DNA from: a virus
IMG/VR virus record: IMGVR_UViG_3300047462_000185
Span: 42,638-106,637 of that record
Length of the DNA: 64,000 nt
Direction: 5' to 3' (one strand)
Below are positions 21,238 to 31,651 of the stretch, in pieces. A program made the position numbers and the translations under genes. Numbering within the stretch: position 1 is the first letter of the stretch; each line of letters opens with the position of its first letter. The notes under the pieces are model-generated. The model did not search any database. It was not told the origin of the DNA and worked only from the letters and a program-made list of their open reading frames with translations.

Positions 21238-21750
21238 ATGCCGTCGTTCCTCGACACGTTCTTCCCGACCAGGCCGGCCCAGGAGCGGCTCGAGCTGCTC
21301 GCCGCGCTCTATGAACCGCTGGGCCGGGAACTGGCCCTGGCCTACGAGAAGCTGGAGGACCAGGCCGCCCTGGAGCGCTCGCTGAGGGCCGCGGCCGACG
21401 CCAGCTTCGCTATTCCGGGCGCTGACATGGAGCGGATCGCCTCGATCAAGATGGCGCGGGTCGAGGCGCGCCTGATGACCCGGCTCGCGGTTCGGAACGT
21501 CCTGATGCGGCGCCTCTGTGCCGCGCTACAGGAGGTTCAGGACTGGCTGGCCGCCAATGTCACGCCCGAGGGCCTGGAGGCCTGGGAGGCGCGCCACGGC
21601 CCGCTGCTCAGCGAAGAAGAGCTAATGGCTCGTTTGGGCGTGCTGCTGGCCGAGGCAGACCAGCGGGACGGATCCGATGCGGCACCCCGTAGTGATCTAC
21701 CACGGCCCATAGATCGGCAAGGCTCCGAATCACATAGACCGGGTGATTGA
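21238..21750 (+). CDS. hypothetical protein
   Basis: helical ORF with GC3-rich codons. Confidence 0.55.
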   Translation: MPSFLDTFFPTRPAQERLELLAALYEPLGRELALAYEKLEDQAALERSLRAAADASFAIPGADMERIASIKMARVEARLMTRLAVRNVLMRRLCAALQEVQDWLAANVTPEGLEAWEARHGPLLSEEELMARLGVLLAEADQRDGSDAAPRSDLPRPIDRQGSESHRPGD

Positions 21751-22285
21751 GGGCCCGGATCTCGGTGTGGACCTCGCGCTGCCGGGGCTTGAGGTAGGTC
21801 TTCTCTTGGCCCGGGCCGTCGTCGATCTTCACCTCGAGCCAGACGGTGCGGCCGTCGCGTAGCAGCAGCATGAGATCGGGCCAGCCGGCCAGCATGCCCT
21901 CGGCGACGAGAATTCCGATGACGCCTTTACGAGGACCGCCGTTTGGCACCGCGACCAGGAGGGCGTCCCTCTTCGAGACGGCCCGGCGGAAAAAGTCCAC
22001 CATCGCTTGCTGTAGGTTGGATTCGAGGTGCCGGTGCGGCGCGGCCGGCGCCGTCAGTTGAAACTTTAAGTTGTCCTGGGCGAGCCGTTTCTTCGGCTTG
22101 GTGGGCCGCTTCGATATGGGCGGTGCAGAACCACCGGGTCCGTTCGATGTAGTAGGCGGCAGGCTGTCCCAGGCCTGGCGGGCAGAGCCCGAACCAGGCG
22201 TCTCCGCCACAGGTCTCACAAGCATGTGTCGGTTTGTATCGTGATGTGGAACGCGCTTCGATCTTTTGGACCTATGAAAACCCAC
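21608..22285 (-). CDS. VRR-NUC domain nuclease
   Basis: ESNLQ...AVPNGG...EGMLAGWPDL...WLEVK...Q..VH..I..L...VYVIRS. Confidence 0.85.
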   Translation of the reverse strand: MGFHRSKRSKRVPHHDTNRHMLVRPVAETPGSGSARQAWDSLPPTTSNGPGGSAPPISKRPTKPKKRLAQDNLKFQLTAPAAPHRHLESNLQQAMVDFFRRAVSKRDALLVAVPNGGPRKGVIGILVAEGMLAGWPDLMLLLRDGRTVWLEVKIDDGPGQEKTYLKPRQREVHTEIRALNHPVYVIRSLADLWAVVDHYGVPHRIRPAGLPRPAARPNEPLALLR

Positions 22286-22299
22286 GAGTGTGTGCTAAT

Positions 22300-22590
22300 T
22301 TATTTTCGTTGGGTGGCGGCCGTTTCGGGTTTGGGTGCCAGAACGGTGCGCCGCGGGCGTCCCCCGCGTCGTTTGCGAGGCGCGGGGTCAGAGGATGTGG
22401 TTGGAGTGTGCCTTAGGATTCTCTCGAGCTGGGCGATTGTCTCGGGGCGAGGCTTCCAGTCGGGATCGAAAAGGCGGGCGATCGTGTTCTTGTGGAGACC
22501 GGTGATGCCGGCGAGATCGGCGTTTGTTGCTACAAGGCGAGCCGCCGCTGCCCGAATCTGGCTCATCAGCTGATCGATCTGCGATTCCAT
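22300..22590 (-). CDS. Cro-like HTH regulator
   Basis: NADLAGITGLHKNTIARL...WKPRPETIAQLE; divergent from cI-like gene. Confidence 0.75.
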   Translation of the reverse strand: MESQIDQLMSQIRAAAARLVATNADLAGITGLHKNTIARLFDPDWKPRPETIAQLERILRHTPTTSSDPAPRKRRGGRPRRTVLAPKPETAATQRK

Positions 22591-22654
22591 GCCAACCAAA
22601 AAAACACATTCTAATGTGAATATCAAGAAGTCGAGAAAGAGAGGCTCAGCGCAA

Positions 22655-23392
22655 GTGAGTGCGGCAAAAGACCGGAATCCCATACCATCAGACGGAGAAC
22701 GTCAGCGCGAAGCGCTGCGCCGGATCATGGCTATGAAAAATGTGTCAGCAGCGGAATGGGCCAGGTTGGCTGGCCTGTCGAACGCCAACGCGATCTATAA
22801 CCTCCAGGCGGGCCGGTCCGAGCACCTCTCGGTGCCCGTGCTGCAGAAGCTGGCCAAGGTATTCGAAGATATCGATCTATCCACTGTAACTGGCGAAATT
22901 TCATCCACTCAGCGTAAGATTCGACGCATGACAGTGAAGATGGTTGCGGTCCAAGGGGTGTGGCGTGACCAGGCCGATGCGCCGCTCGACGAGCAATACG
23001 ACATCTCGGTGCCAGACAATGTGGATGGCAGCTTTGCGGTCCGCGTGGTGGGCCAGCACGCCGACGAAATGCTGCCCGACGACAGCCACGTCATCATCGA
23101 GGAAGTGGGTCGCTTCCTGGGCGCGTTCTACTCGGGGATCTGGGTGCTGGTCCGGCGCAACCGGGGCCGCCAGGTCGAGGTGACGTTGCGCACCCTCACC
23201 TCGGACCGAGAGGGCAAGTGGTGGCTCATGGCGCGCAGCAAGTCGCCCGACCAGACCATGCCCAGCGTTCCGGTGCCGTGGCCCTACGAGGGGCAGGTCT
23301 GGTCGGTGGGCAACGAGCGCTACCAGATCATCGGTGTGGCGACGGATGCCGTTCTCTCCCTAATCACGCGCCCGGTCCATATCGTCCGTTAA
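22655..23392 (+). CDS. CI-like repressor (XRE HTH plus degenerate S24-like domain)
   Basis: SAAEWARLAGLSNANAIYNLQAGRSEHLS HTH; C-terminal FAVRVVGQHADEMLPDDS...IIGV; start uncertain. Confidence 0.8.
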   Translation: MSAAKDRNPIPSDGERQREALRRIMAMKNVSAAEWARLAGLSNANAIYNLQAGRSEHLSVPVLQKLAKVFEDIDLSTVTGEISSTQRKIRRMTVKMVAVQGVWRDQADAPLDEQYDISVPDNVDGSFAVRVVGQHADEMLPDDSHVIIEEVGRFLGAFYSGIWVLVRRNRGRQVEVTLRTLTSDREGKWWLMARSKSPDQTMPSVPVPWPYEGQVWSVGNERYQIIGVATDAVLSLITRPVHIVR

Positions 23393-23534
23393 GGCTACGC
23401 GACACACCGGAATATTTTCGGAATATTTTCGCCGGAATCGGGCGACCGGTTCCCTGCGTTGACAACGGTTTGACCGTTCAATAAACCTCGATCCCTGGGC
23501 CACACAATCGTGTGGTATTTCGGTCGAGATTGCA

Positions 23535-24074
23535 TTGCCCTCGAAACGCAAGCGTCGATATCACCGGGCCACAGCGCGTCACGTGACGCTGAGCCGCGAC
23601 GCGGCCGGCACCCTCTCCCTGTCTCGAGTCGTTCACCCGCCGAAGGAGCGGCGCCAGCACGACGTCGTGGTGCGCCAGGAGCGCATCGGAGAGGGTGGGC
23701 AGCGCCTCATAGCCTCCGCGATCGACAGGCCCACCGCGCTTGACCAGTTGGCCGCGGCCGGCGCGCTGGGCGAGGCAGAGGCAAAGCGGCGCCTTCTGGA
23801 TGCGTCGGATTGGTTCAAGGAGCGGCTCGAGCTGCTCCAGCTGCGCGCCGTCGTCACGGCCGCGTTCGAGCGGCAGGCCAAGGGCGAGCGTGGCATGACG
23901 CCGCGGCAGGTCAGGGCGGACGCCGAGATGAAGCGCCTCGCCAAGGCGATCGGCGCCGAGCCGTTCAACCGGCTGTTCGACCTGCTGGTCTGGGACGTGC
24001 TGCCCCTGGTCGAGCCGCGCCGGCGCGAGACGGTGGAGGCGTTGGACGCAGCGGCGCGCCACCTTAAGCTGTGA
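23535..24074 (+). CDS. hypothetical protein (possible late-gene regulator)
   Basis: ORF ending ALDAAARHLKL, followed by TTGACA and a terminator. Confidence 0.6.
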   Translation: MPSKRKRRYHRATARHVTLSRDAAGTLSLSRVVHPPKERRQHDVVVRQERIGEGGQRLIASAIDRPTALDQLAAAGALGEAEAKRRLLDASDWFKERLELLQLRAVVTAAFERQAKGERGMTPRQVRADAEMKRLAKAIGAEPFNRLFDLLVWDVLPLVEPRRRETVEALDAAARHLKL

Positions 24075-24199
24075 AACGGCTTGACCTGACCCGGCGCTTT
24101 GCTTGACATTGGGGTCTGCCAGAAAAGCGTCTTTGAGGGGTTCGAGGGCGGCCCTCGCCGGTGCAAGCCGGCAGGGTGGACGGAGCGGCGGAAACGACG

Positions 24200-24233
24200 A
24201 AACCCCCGCAGGATTGCTCCTGCGGGGGTTTTT
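24200..24233. terminator. intrinsic terminator (possibly bidirectional)
   Basis: AAACCCCCGCAGGA-TTGC-TCCTGCGGGGGTTTTT. Confidence 0.85.
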
Positions 24234-26103
24234 GTCTCAGTCGGCAGCGCTGCCGAGCCGGTCGCCCAGGTCGATCACCTCGCCGGCGAGCGGCTCGGGC
24301 GACGGGGACTTGGTGGGCCAGAGCGACATGGCGCCCTTCACCAGCGTATAGGCCGGCGGTGCCAACACGGCACACGCCAGCTCGACGCGGTTGCGGGGCC
24401 GCAACGTGCTCATCATTGAGGTCAGCATGGTCGTCTCCTATAGGGATTGAGACTTGGCTGGGTCTCGTCAGCCTACGCGCGAGGGCGCGCAGATACCGGG
24501 TCGCATGGGGTGGTTCGGGCGACCACCACACCCCCATGCCTCGCAAATGTGGGCCGAGCATGATCCGGCTCGACGCGGCAGCGCATCATTCGTGCGCACT
24601 TCCTGGTCGCCCAAAGGGTGAAGTCCCGGTTTCAGTGTGTCGGCCGGTCCCGGGGGAACGGGTGGAACCGGCCGACCTGGTCACGCCACCGTCAGGGTCT
24701 CTTGGGCGGTGGCTACCGGGACGTGATCAGCTCCAGCAGGCCAAGGGCTGGGCGGGCGAGCGATTGTGTTGGTTCGACACGTGTTGTCCGAACCGTGGCT
24801 TCGCGGCTGATCACGATCCACGCGCCGGCGCTTTCCGTCGTCATGGGCAAGCCCATCACCGGTGCGTTTCGGTGCGTTGGCCCGATCTGGTGACGTCCGC
24901 GCTGCCTCGGGTGACGCGGGTCGGAATCGGCTCTTGGCGGTATCTTGAGAATTGTCGAGAGAGTTGCCTGAGGTGCCGATACGTCTTCGATCGGTATCAT
25001 CCTCTGATCCTGGCGTCCTTCGCCTGGACCGCTCGGTCGACGCGCCAGTGATTGGCAGCGTGTAGCACCGCTGAAGGGAGTGCGAGCGTCCTGTGGGATG
25101 ATCGGCTGCTGCGCCAATGGCGCGCTGCCTGAGTGATAGATGGGGAGGCGTATCATTCCTTTCAAGGGGTGAACCCTTTCATCGGCCTGCATCGAGCAGG
25201 AAGGCCCGCCGGAGCGGGTTAGTCGGTGGGAGGCCGGTCGACGAAGACCGAGCCAACCTGCGTGTATGAGAATTTCCCGATATGCACGCTGGTGATGAAA
25301 TTCACGCGCAGGCCAGCTTCATGAGCGGCTTGGATGGCTTTGTTGAGCTGATCAGACCTTTGGCGAATCAGCACTTCGTGTTCCTCGTCTGTCACGTCAG
25401 CCGTCCTTCGCGGTGATTTTCAGCTTCCAGTCGCCAACGGTGTTGCCGTTGATGTCGACGGCGTTGCCCTCCATGAGTCCGTTTTGAATCTGGTGGGAAA
25501 CCTCGCGCAGTATGCGGGTCATTTCGCTTGCGCCATAGCCGTCGTTGAACGCGGCGTTGCCTGTGTCGATCTTCATTCTGAATATGTGGTTCTCCTCAGT
25601 CCGGCGGGATGCCGGGCACCGGGTCAGCCGGTTTCGATTGCGTTTACGTCGGCGATACGCGCTACGGTCTGGCGCTTGCCGTCAAGAGTCACACCTACGA
25701 CGGAAGGGATAAACCCTGCCGCATCGTAGAAACGCACCACGCGGAAAATCAAAGTGGGATATCCGATCAAGGTGAAGTGGCTCATCTTTCGTCTCCTCAG
25801 TCCGGCGGGATCGCCGGGCACCGGCTAGGCCGGTTTCGTCTCAGGCCATTCGATGCCTTCCGCGACGCCTGCGAGATGATAGATGTCGCGGGGCGATACG
25901 TCAGTAGGAGCCGAAAGACGGCAAGCGTTCTGCGCGAAGGCGACCTTTGCCGCAGGCATTCCGGCTGCTGCGTTCCGGGCGAGATGCCGCAGATGTGGGT
26001 AGCGCCGCACGTAGGCGTCGAGAACTGATTGTGGGATCATTATTTTCTCCTCAGTCCGGCGGGATGCCGGGCATCCGGCCAGGTCGATCCTGGCCGGGTT
26101 TCG

Positions 26104-26784
26104 CTAAAAGGTGAAGGCGCGAATCACGGGCGCGCTGCCGTCAAGCGGCGCGTAGCACGTCCGGACCGAGGGCCGGTCGATCTGCACGGTTAGCGTCCCT
26201 GTGGGATGCGCGTTCTCCGCCTCGATCATCACCCGGGCCAGCCGGTAGATTGTCGAGCAGTTCAGCTCGTGGGCGCGCGCTTCGGTGATGGTGCCCTCCG
26301 TGGTGAAGAGCGAGACCTCGCCGCTGAGCCATCGCGTCGCTCCCTCCATAGTCAGCCCGGATGGACTGTAGTCCAGCGACCCGTAGGGGCGAGGCTGGAT
26401 GGAGATGTGGGACACATGGCTCCGCTCCACCCGGGCAACGTATTGCCTGATCGGCGTGGGAGAAGCGGCGTCGGCCTGGAAGGCGCTGATACGCTCGAGC
26501 TGCAGGCAGAGCAGCTTGATGGCTGTCTGATATTCGCTGTCCTTCGGCCTTTTCTTGCCGAGATAGCGCCAGAACGCCGGCAGGGAGCTGGTGCGCATGA
26601 CGTGGTCATGGGCATACCAGAGCCCGTGGCTGATGTTCCGGGGGTCGGGTTCCTCGTTGGCGCGGCCGTCCATCTGCTGGATGAAGGTCCGCAGATGGGG
26701 GTGGGTCGGGGCCGTGGTGCCGATCGCACCGGCGCCGGCCAGGCCGCGCACGAAGTCCGACGTCATGTCGTAGAGCAAGGTCAT
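26104..26784 (-). CDS. hypothetical protein
   Basis: ATG directly after family-2 repeat SD (AGAAAGG). Confidence 0.7.
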   Translation of the reverse strand: MTLLYDMTSDFVRGLAGAGAIGTTAPTHPHLRTFIQQMDGRANEEPDPRNISHGLWYAHDHVMRTSSLPAFWRYLGKKRPKDSEYQTAIKLLCLQLERISAFQADAASPTPIRQYVARVERSHVSHISIQPRPYGSLDYSPSGLTMEGATRWLSGEVSLFTTEGTITEARAHELNCSTIYRLARVMIEAENAHPTGTLTVQIDRPSVRTCYAPLDGSAPVIRAFTF

Positions 26785-27048
26785 TAGTGTGCCTTTCTGC
26801 CGGGAAGCGCCGGCTGATCGCGCTGGATGGGGGTCCAGCAAGGCCCCTGGTTGGCTAGGGGTCTTCGAGCGTCGGGCCGTCATTGTGGCTCGCCAGGATC
26901 GGCGCGCCGGTGCGATGAGCCTCTGCCATGCGGCGAGCTTGGTCGCGCGTGTAGCCCGCGCGCTCGAGCGCGAGAATGAGCGACATTTCGCTATTGTGGT
27001 CGTTCGACCATTTGTCGTTGTGCCGTCGCTCGAAGAAGTTTTCTTTGC

Positions 27049-27412
27049 TCACGGCAGTTCGCCGGTCGGGCGGCCGAGCTTGCGCCGCAGCCGGTTGATC
27101 TGCGGCTCGTAGAGGGCGCGCGCCGCCGGCGTCGCAGCGGCTAGCTGCTCGGCGATGAACTGGCGGTCTCTTGGGCATTTGGCGAGCCTGGATGGGGCGA
27201 ACCGGGTCGACATCGACCACTCACCGGGTCGACATCGACCACTCGCCCCCGATCCGCTTGCAGGCCGCCTCCGCGGCGTTCCTGGCACGATTGGCGGCCA
27301 GGTCTTCAAGGTGTGCGATCTCGGCGCGGATGCGCTGGATCACCTCGTCACGGGTCGGACCGGGCGTGGTGAGTGCAGGACCGCCGTTGTGGCCGATTTT
27401 CGATAGTGGCAT
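27049..27412 (-). pseudogene. small gene frameshifted by a 22-bp tandem duplication
   Basis: ACCGGGTCGACATCGACCACTC repeated at 27201-27222 and 27223-27244; GEWSMSTR appears in two frames. Confidence 0.7.
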
Positions 27413-27691
27413 GGGAGGCCTTTCTGCCGGCGAAGCGGCCGGCTGGACGCGCTGCACGGTGTGCAGCAAGGCCCCGCTAGGCGGGGGTAGCAGGCCCCTC
27501 AGGGCGCATGGAGTTGGGATGGGTGGGCAGCTGGCACCGCTTCGTCGTGAAGCGCGCCAGGCGCCGGTTTTCGCGTCGGATGAACCGAACCGCACTGGCC
27601 AGCGCCGCGACCTGGTCGGTCGCGAAGCAGTCGAGCGTCACGTAGTTGTGGTAGCTCGGGTGCCAGAAGCGATAGGTGAACATCTGCACGG

Positions 27692-27895
27692 CTACGCCGT
27701 CATGATCAGCAGCTGCTCGGCGCCATAGACTGCCGCCTCGCCGCACATCTCGCACTCGCCGCCTTCCATGTCGGGCTCGCATTCCTCGGCCTCTGCGCCG
27801 CATGCGGTGCAGAAGCCGGGGCTGTCGAGACTGGTTAGGTGCCGTTCGACCGCTTTCATGATGCGGTCCGTCGTGATGGACTCATGGATCTTCAT
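27692..27895 (-). CDS. small zinc-ribbon protein
   Basis: PGFCTACGAE..ECEPD....CEMCG..AVYGAEQLL. Confidence 0.75.
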   Translation of the reverse strand: MKIHESITTDRIMKAVERHLTSLDSPGFCTACGAEAEECEPDMEGGECEMCGEAAVYGAEQLLIMTA

Positions 27896-27960
27896 GGGTA
27901 TGCCTTTCTGCCGGTAAGCGCCGGCTGATCGCGCTGCACGGTGTGCAGCAAGGCGCCCGG

Positions 27961-28413
27961 TCACGCCGGGCTTTCGGCAATCGTTTTCGGCTTGAACATG
28001 ACCAGCGAGATCGCGTCGGCCGTGAGGTCGATGATCAGTTCGGTCATGTTCGGCGGATAGGTCGCGAGTGCGGCATTCAGCTCGGTGAGCAGGATATGCT
28101 CCGAGCCATCGTCGCCGCCGAACAATCTGTTCTTCGCCTCCCACCAGTCGTCGAAGTCCATCTTGGTCGGATCGCACTCGCGTGCGTAGACCACGAAGCT
28201 CTTCGTCTTTGACTGGTTCGGATCAGCGGGATCGGGCGGCACGAGCAGGCCCGGATCGCCGTTGCTCATCAGGTAGACACCAACATCGCCGACCAGCATC
28301 AAGGCAGGCTTCGGTTTGCCTTTCTTGCCGTATTGGCGGTGATGCTTCGGGGCTGCGGCGCAATGTTCGATCAAACGTCGCACGCCTATCAGGTCGAAGT
28401 GTATCCGAGACAT
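27961..28413 (-). CDS. DUF3085-family protein
   Basis: LMLVGDVGVYLMSNG...VYARECDP...DWWE....FGGDDGSE. Confidence 0.85.
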   Translation of the reverse strand: MSRIHFDLIGVRRLIEHCAAAPKHHRQYGKKGKPKPALMLVGDVGVYLMSNGDPGLLVPPDPADPNQSKTKSFVVYARECDPTKMDFDDWWEAKNRLFGGDDGSEHILLTELNAALATYPPNMTELIIDLTADAISLVMFKPKTIAESPA

Positions 28414-28673
28414 GGGTTGGTCCTTTCTGCCGGTGAGCGCCGGCTGGACGCGCTGGACGAGGTCCAGCAAGGAGCTTCACCCCTCTGCATCTGGATCAGA
28501 TTGGCGAGGCGTGAAGCAAAGCACTCCGATCAGCAGGCCAGCACCTAGCCCGATTAGGCCAAGGCTGCCCCATCTGAGCAACGTGCTGATGAGGAACAAA
28601 AGAGTCATGGGTGTGCCTTTCTGCCGGATAGCGCCGGCTGATCGCCCCGCATCGGATGCGGGAAGGCCCGCCG

Positions 28674-29153
28674 TTAGGCGGGGATAGGCTTCTCCGGCGC
28701 CAGCGGTGCATCGATCCGCAGGAACTCGTTGATGGGGTTGTGGTCCGCCTGTTCGTAGGCGCTCGTGTCGATCTCGCGCAGCTCGATGGTCTGGCTGTAG
28801 GCGACATGCCAGCACACGTGATCCTTGGAGGTCACGTGCGCGACCAGGCAGTCGAACCTGTCGCCCGGAGCCTTCGAAATGGCGGTCTCGGCGTTCATTC
28901 GGTCCACCGGATTTTCCATGTTGAGATAGCGCCAGAACATCCAGACGTGGCTGGTGCGCGAGTCGATCATTGGCCATTCCAGGCCTTCCTTGTGCTGGAT
29001 GATGTCGCCGCGCTTGAAGGTCGGGACGGCCTTGTTGAACTGGGCCAGCCTGGCGCGCAGCTCGACCACCTGAGCCTCGGGAATGTCCCGATGCGTTTTC
29101 TGGTCGACCGTGCCGCGGGCCGCGCCCATCAGGTCTGAAAGTGAAAGAAGCAT
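28674..29153 (-). CDS. hypothetical protein
   Basis: ATG after family-2 repeat. Confidence 0.7.
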   Translation of the reverse strand: MLLSLSDLMGAARGTVDQKTHRDIPEAQVVELRARLAQFNKAVPTFKRGDIIQHKEGLEWPMIDSRTSHVWMFWRYLNMENPVDRMNAETAISKAPGDRFDCLVAHVTSKDHVCWHVAYSQTIELREIDTSAYEQADHNPINEFLRIDAPLAPEKPIPA

Positions 29154-29714
29154 GGATGTTATCCTTTCTGCCGGGACGCGCCGGCTGATCGCTCCGCGGG
29201 GATCGCGGAAAGGAATGAGCCGCCCCACCCGATTTGGGCAGGGCGGCTCGTTGGTCAGATACTCGGCTCGGGCCGCTCCTCGATCACGACATTGCCGAGA
29301 TCGATGGCGGGGCTGGGAGCCTCGCGGGTGAACATCGCCTTGGCACGGCGCATGCCGGCCTGGCTGGCGGTGCTCAGCTTGCTCATCCCGGTCGTGGCGC
29401 AGCGGTGGGCCTGGTAGGCGCCATATGCGGCGACACCGATCGTGCCGCAGATCACCACCACGGCGGCGAGAGCCTGGACGCCTTGAAGGGCCCCTTCACG
29501 GAGCATGGGAGCGGCGGCGCGGCCCACGTTGACCATGACGGGAACGGCGGGACGGATGATGGACTGGAGCATGGGGTGTTCTCCTTGGGATTTCGCCGGA
29601 AGCGCCGGCTGAACGCCCTCAGCTGAGCTGAGGGATCCCGGACCGCGCCACTTGTGGCGCAGCCCTCGCGCGGGGGCGTTCGCATCGCTGCGGCCCGCAC
29701 GACCTAGGGATTGA

Positions 29715-30062
29715 TCAGGCATTGACGACTTGTTGCAGCACGCCGCGCAGCTGGTCGCGATGAGGGGTCAGCAGTTCGGCAGTCGCCAGAATCTGCAGCC
29801 CCGTCGCGAAGCAGTTGCGTGACCGTGTGATCGTGTCGAGATGATCAGGGGGGAAGTCTGTCCCGACCAGGGCCAGGATGATCATCTCGTTGCGGCGCCG
29901 GCGCCGGGCCATGCCGATCCGGATCCGCTGTATCAGGTCTTTGCCTTCGTCGTAGAGCAGCTGGTATCCGGCCGAGAGGGTAATGCCGCCGACCAGGGCG
30001 CCGAGCGCAACCGCGCCGCGCCTCAGGAAGGGCCGGGCCAATGCTGTGGACATGGGGGTCAT
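29715..30062 (-). CDS. hypothetical membrane protein
   Basis: AAGGAG SD; hydrophobic N-terminus. Confidence 0.6.
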   Translation of the reverse strand: MTPMSTALARPFLRRGAVALGALVGGITLSAGYQLLYDEGKDLIQRIRIGMARRRRRNEMIILALVGTDFPPDHLDTITRSRNCFATGLQILATAELLTPHRDQLRGVLQQVVNA

Positions 30063-30573
30063 GCGTCTCTCCTTGGTGTTTCGACCGGTCGGACCGGCCC
30101 TTATCGAGGGTCAAACGTGACCCGAAACCACAGCGAGACTCATGTTTACACAGATATATGTGGTTTGAAAAAGAAGAATTTCAAGACCCGAAACGATTTC
30201 CGCCCCGACTGCCGAGGTTCGCCTGTGGGGTTGGTCCCACCCGCGTCGCGGGTTCGCGCCTGAAGCGCTCGTCGGGGGATCTGGGTGGCGGCCCTCAATG
30301 GATCTCGTATCGCTCGATCATGAGCCAGCCGCCGCATCTCTGGGGCTTGCAGGTGCAGGCGCCAGGGACGGCGATCATTTCGACCGAGCCGTCTGGGCAG
30401 GACAGGATGCAGCCACGTGGCGTGGTGTGGACGTGGTAGCCGCACCCCTCGTAGTGGCGGGCCGACATGTTGATGAACTGGTCGAGCGAGACGACCTTCT
30501 TGGGTCTCTGGCGCGCAGCCATTGATGCTTCTCCGTGTCGTGAGGCGCGGGGATCCACGCCTTCCCGCCCGGC

Positions 30574-30876
30574 TCAGCCGGGTTCGCCTTGCGGCTCATC
30601 AGGGGATTTTTTCGGCACGAAAGATTTCATGCCGCCGTCGTTTTCGATCTGATGGTGATTTTTCAGCGTATCGGACAGCAATCTGGCGACGCTGCCTGAA
30701 CTGAGAAAGCCGATGATTTGCTTCTGATCGACGCCTAACTTGGCGACGCACTCGTTGTAGATTTCCATCGGCGAGAAGTTGCGATAATCCTGCGTGAGTT
30801 CGACGCGCACCAGCGCATAGATGACGTTGGTCCCGTCGCTCAGCAGGGTTTTGATCGTATTGGGCATATCTGACAT
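30574..30876 (-). CDS. hypothetical protein (paralog of 30953-31219)
   Basis: AAGGAG SD; YALVRVEL motif. Confidence 0.65.
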   Translation of the reverse strand: MSDMPNTIKTLLSDGTNVIYALVRVELTQDYRNFSPMEIYNECVAKLGVDQKQIIGFLSSGSVARLLSDTLKNHHQIENDGGMKSFVPKKSPDEPQGEPG

Positions 30877-30952
30877 GGGGATCTCCTTATGTTGGTCCCG
30901 CCCGGCCTAGCCGGGTTCGCCCTTGGCGGGCTCGTCTGGGGATTTGGGACGG

Positions 30953-31219
30953 CTAACGAACATCGCGGTGCTCAGCTTGCTCGGTCATTGGCATGTTGCG
31001 CATAATGCCGAGCAGGATATTACGAGCTGCGGATGAGTTCATCGTCGTGATAACGGTCTCGGTCGACAACCTAGCGTGGCGCACCACGTCGGACTTTATC
31101 TCATCCGGCGCGTAGTTCTTGAGCGAATAGGGAAGCTCGAACCGCACCAGGGCATAGCCCACCTTCGGTCCGTCTAGCTCGGCCATCTGCTTGATTATTG
31201 CCATCGGGTGCATTGGCAT
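30953..31219 (-). CDS. hypothetical protein
   Basis: AAGGA SD; YALVRFEL motif. Confidence 0.65.
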   Translation of the reverse strand: MPMHPMAIIKQMAELDGPKVGYALVRFELPYSLKNYAPDEIKSDVVRHARLSTETVITTMNSSAARNILLGIMRNMPMTEQAEHRDVR

Positions 31220-31285
31220 GGGGATTTCCTTCTGCTGAAGCACATATTGATGTGCTTTCCCGCCCGCACACAAGCGGGTTCGCGC

Positions 31286-31651
31286 CTATGCGGCGCTCGT
31301 CTGGGGAAGCTCGGCCAGCATCTGGGGTGAAAGGCGCAGGTTGGCGTGGGGACGCCGCGCCGCCTCTTGGCAGGCCATGTAGCCGATTGCCTGGCGAATC
31401 TTCTGCGCCGCGGCGTGAACCGTGCCGTCATAGGCCGGTTTCGTCACCACGGGCACAGACCAACCGGCCACCTTGTGCAGGCCGCATTGGAGAGCGCCGC
31501 CGGCATGCAAGCTCTGAATCGCCGTCTCGAAGGCTTTCACCTCGTGGGGCTGGACCACGGCGCAGAACCGTAGCTCGGCCGTGGTGTAGGTCTGGCGCTG
31601 GTTGATCGCCATAGCAAGCAGGACGCGCCGCTCCATTGGATCGGTGAACAT
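31286..31651 (-). CDS. hypothetical protein
   Basis: AGGAG SD; stop codon lies inside a hammerhead-like motif. Confidence 0.65.
   Translation of the reverse strand: MFTDPMERRVLLAMAINQRQTYTTAELRFCAVVQPHEVKAFETAIQSLHAGGALQCGLHKVAGWSVPVVTKPAYDGTVHAAAQKIRQAIGYMACQEAARRPHANLRLSPQMLAELPQTSAA

Noticed and set aside
100-26075. Family-1 repeats as complete hammerheads
   Set aside because: CUGAGGA is present but there is no stem II-GAAA-stem III; it doubles as the Shine-Dalgarno sequence
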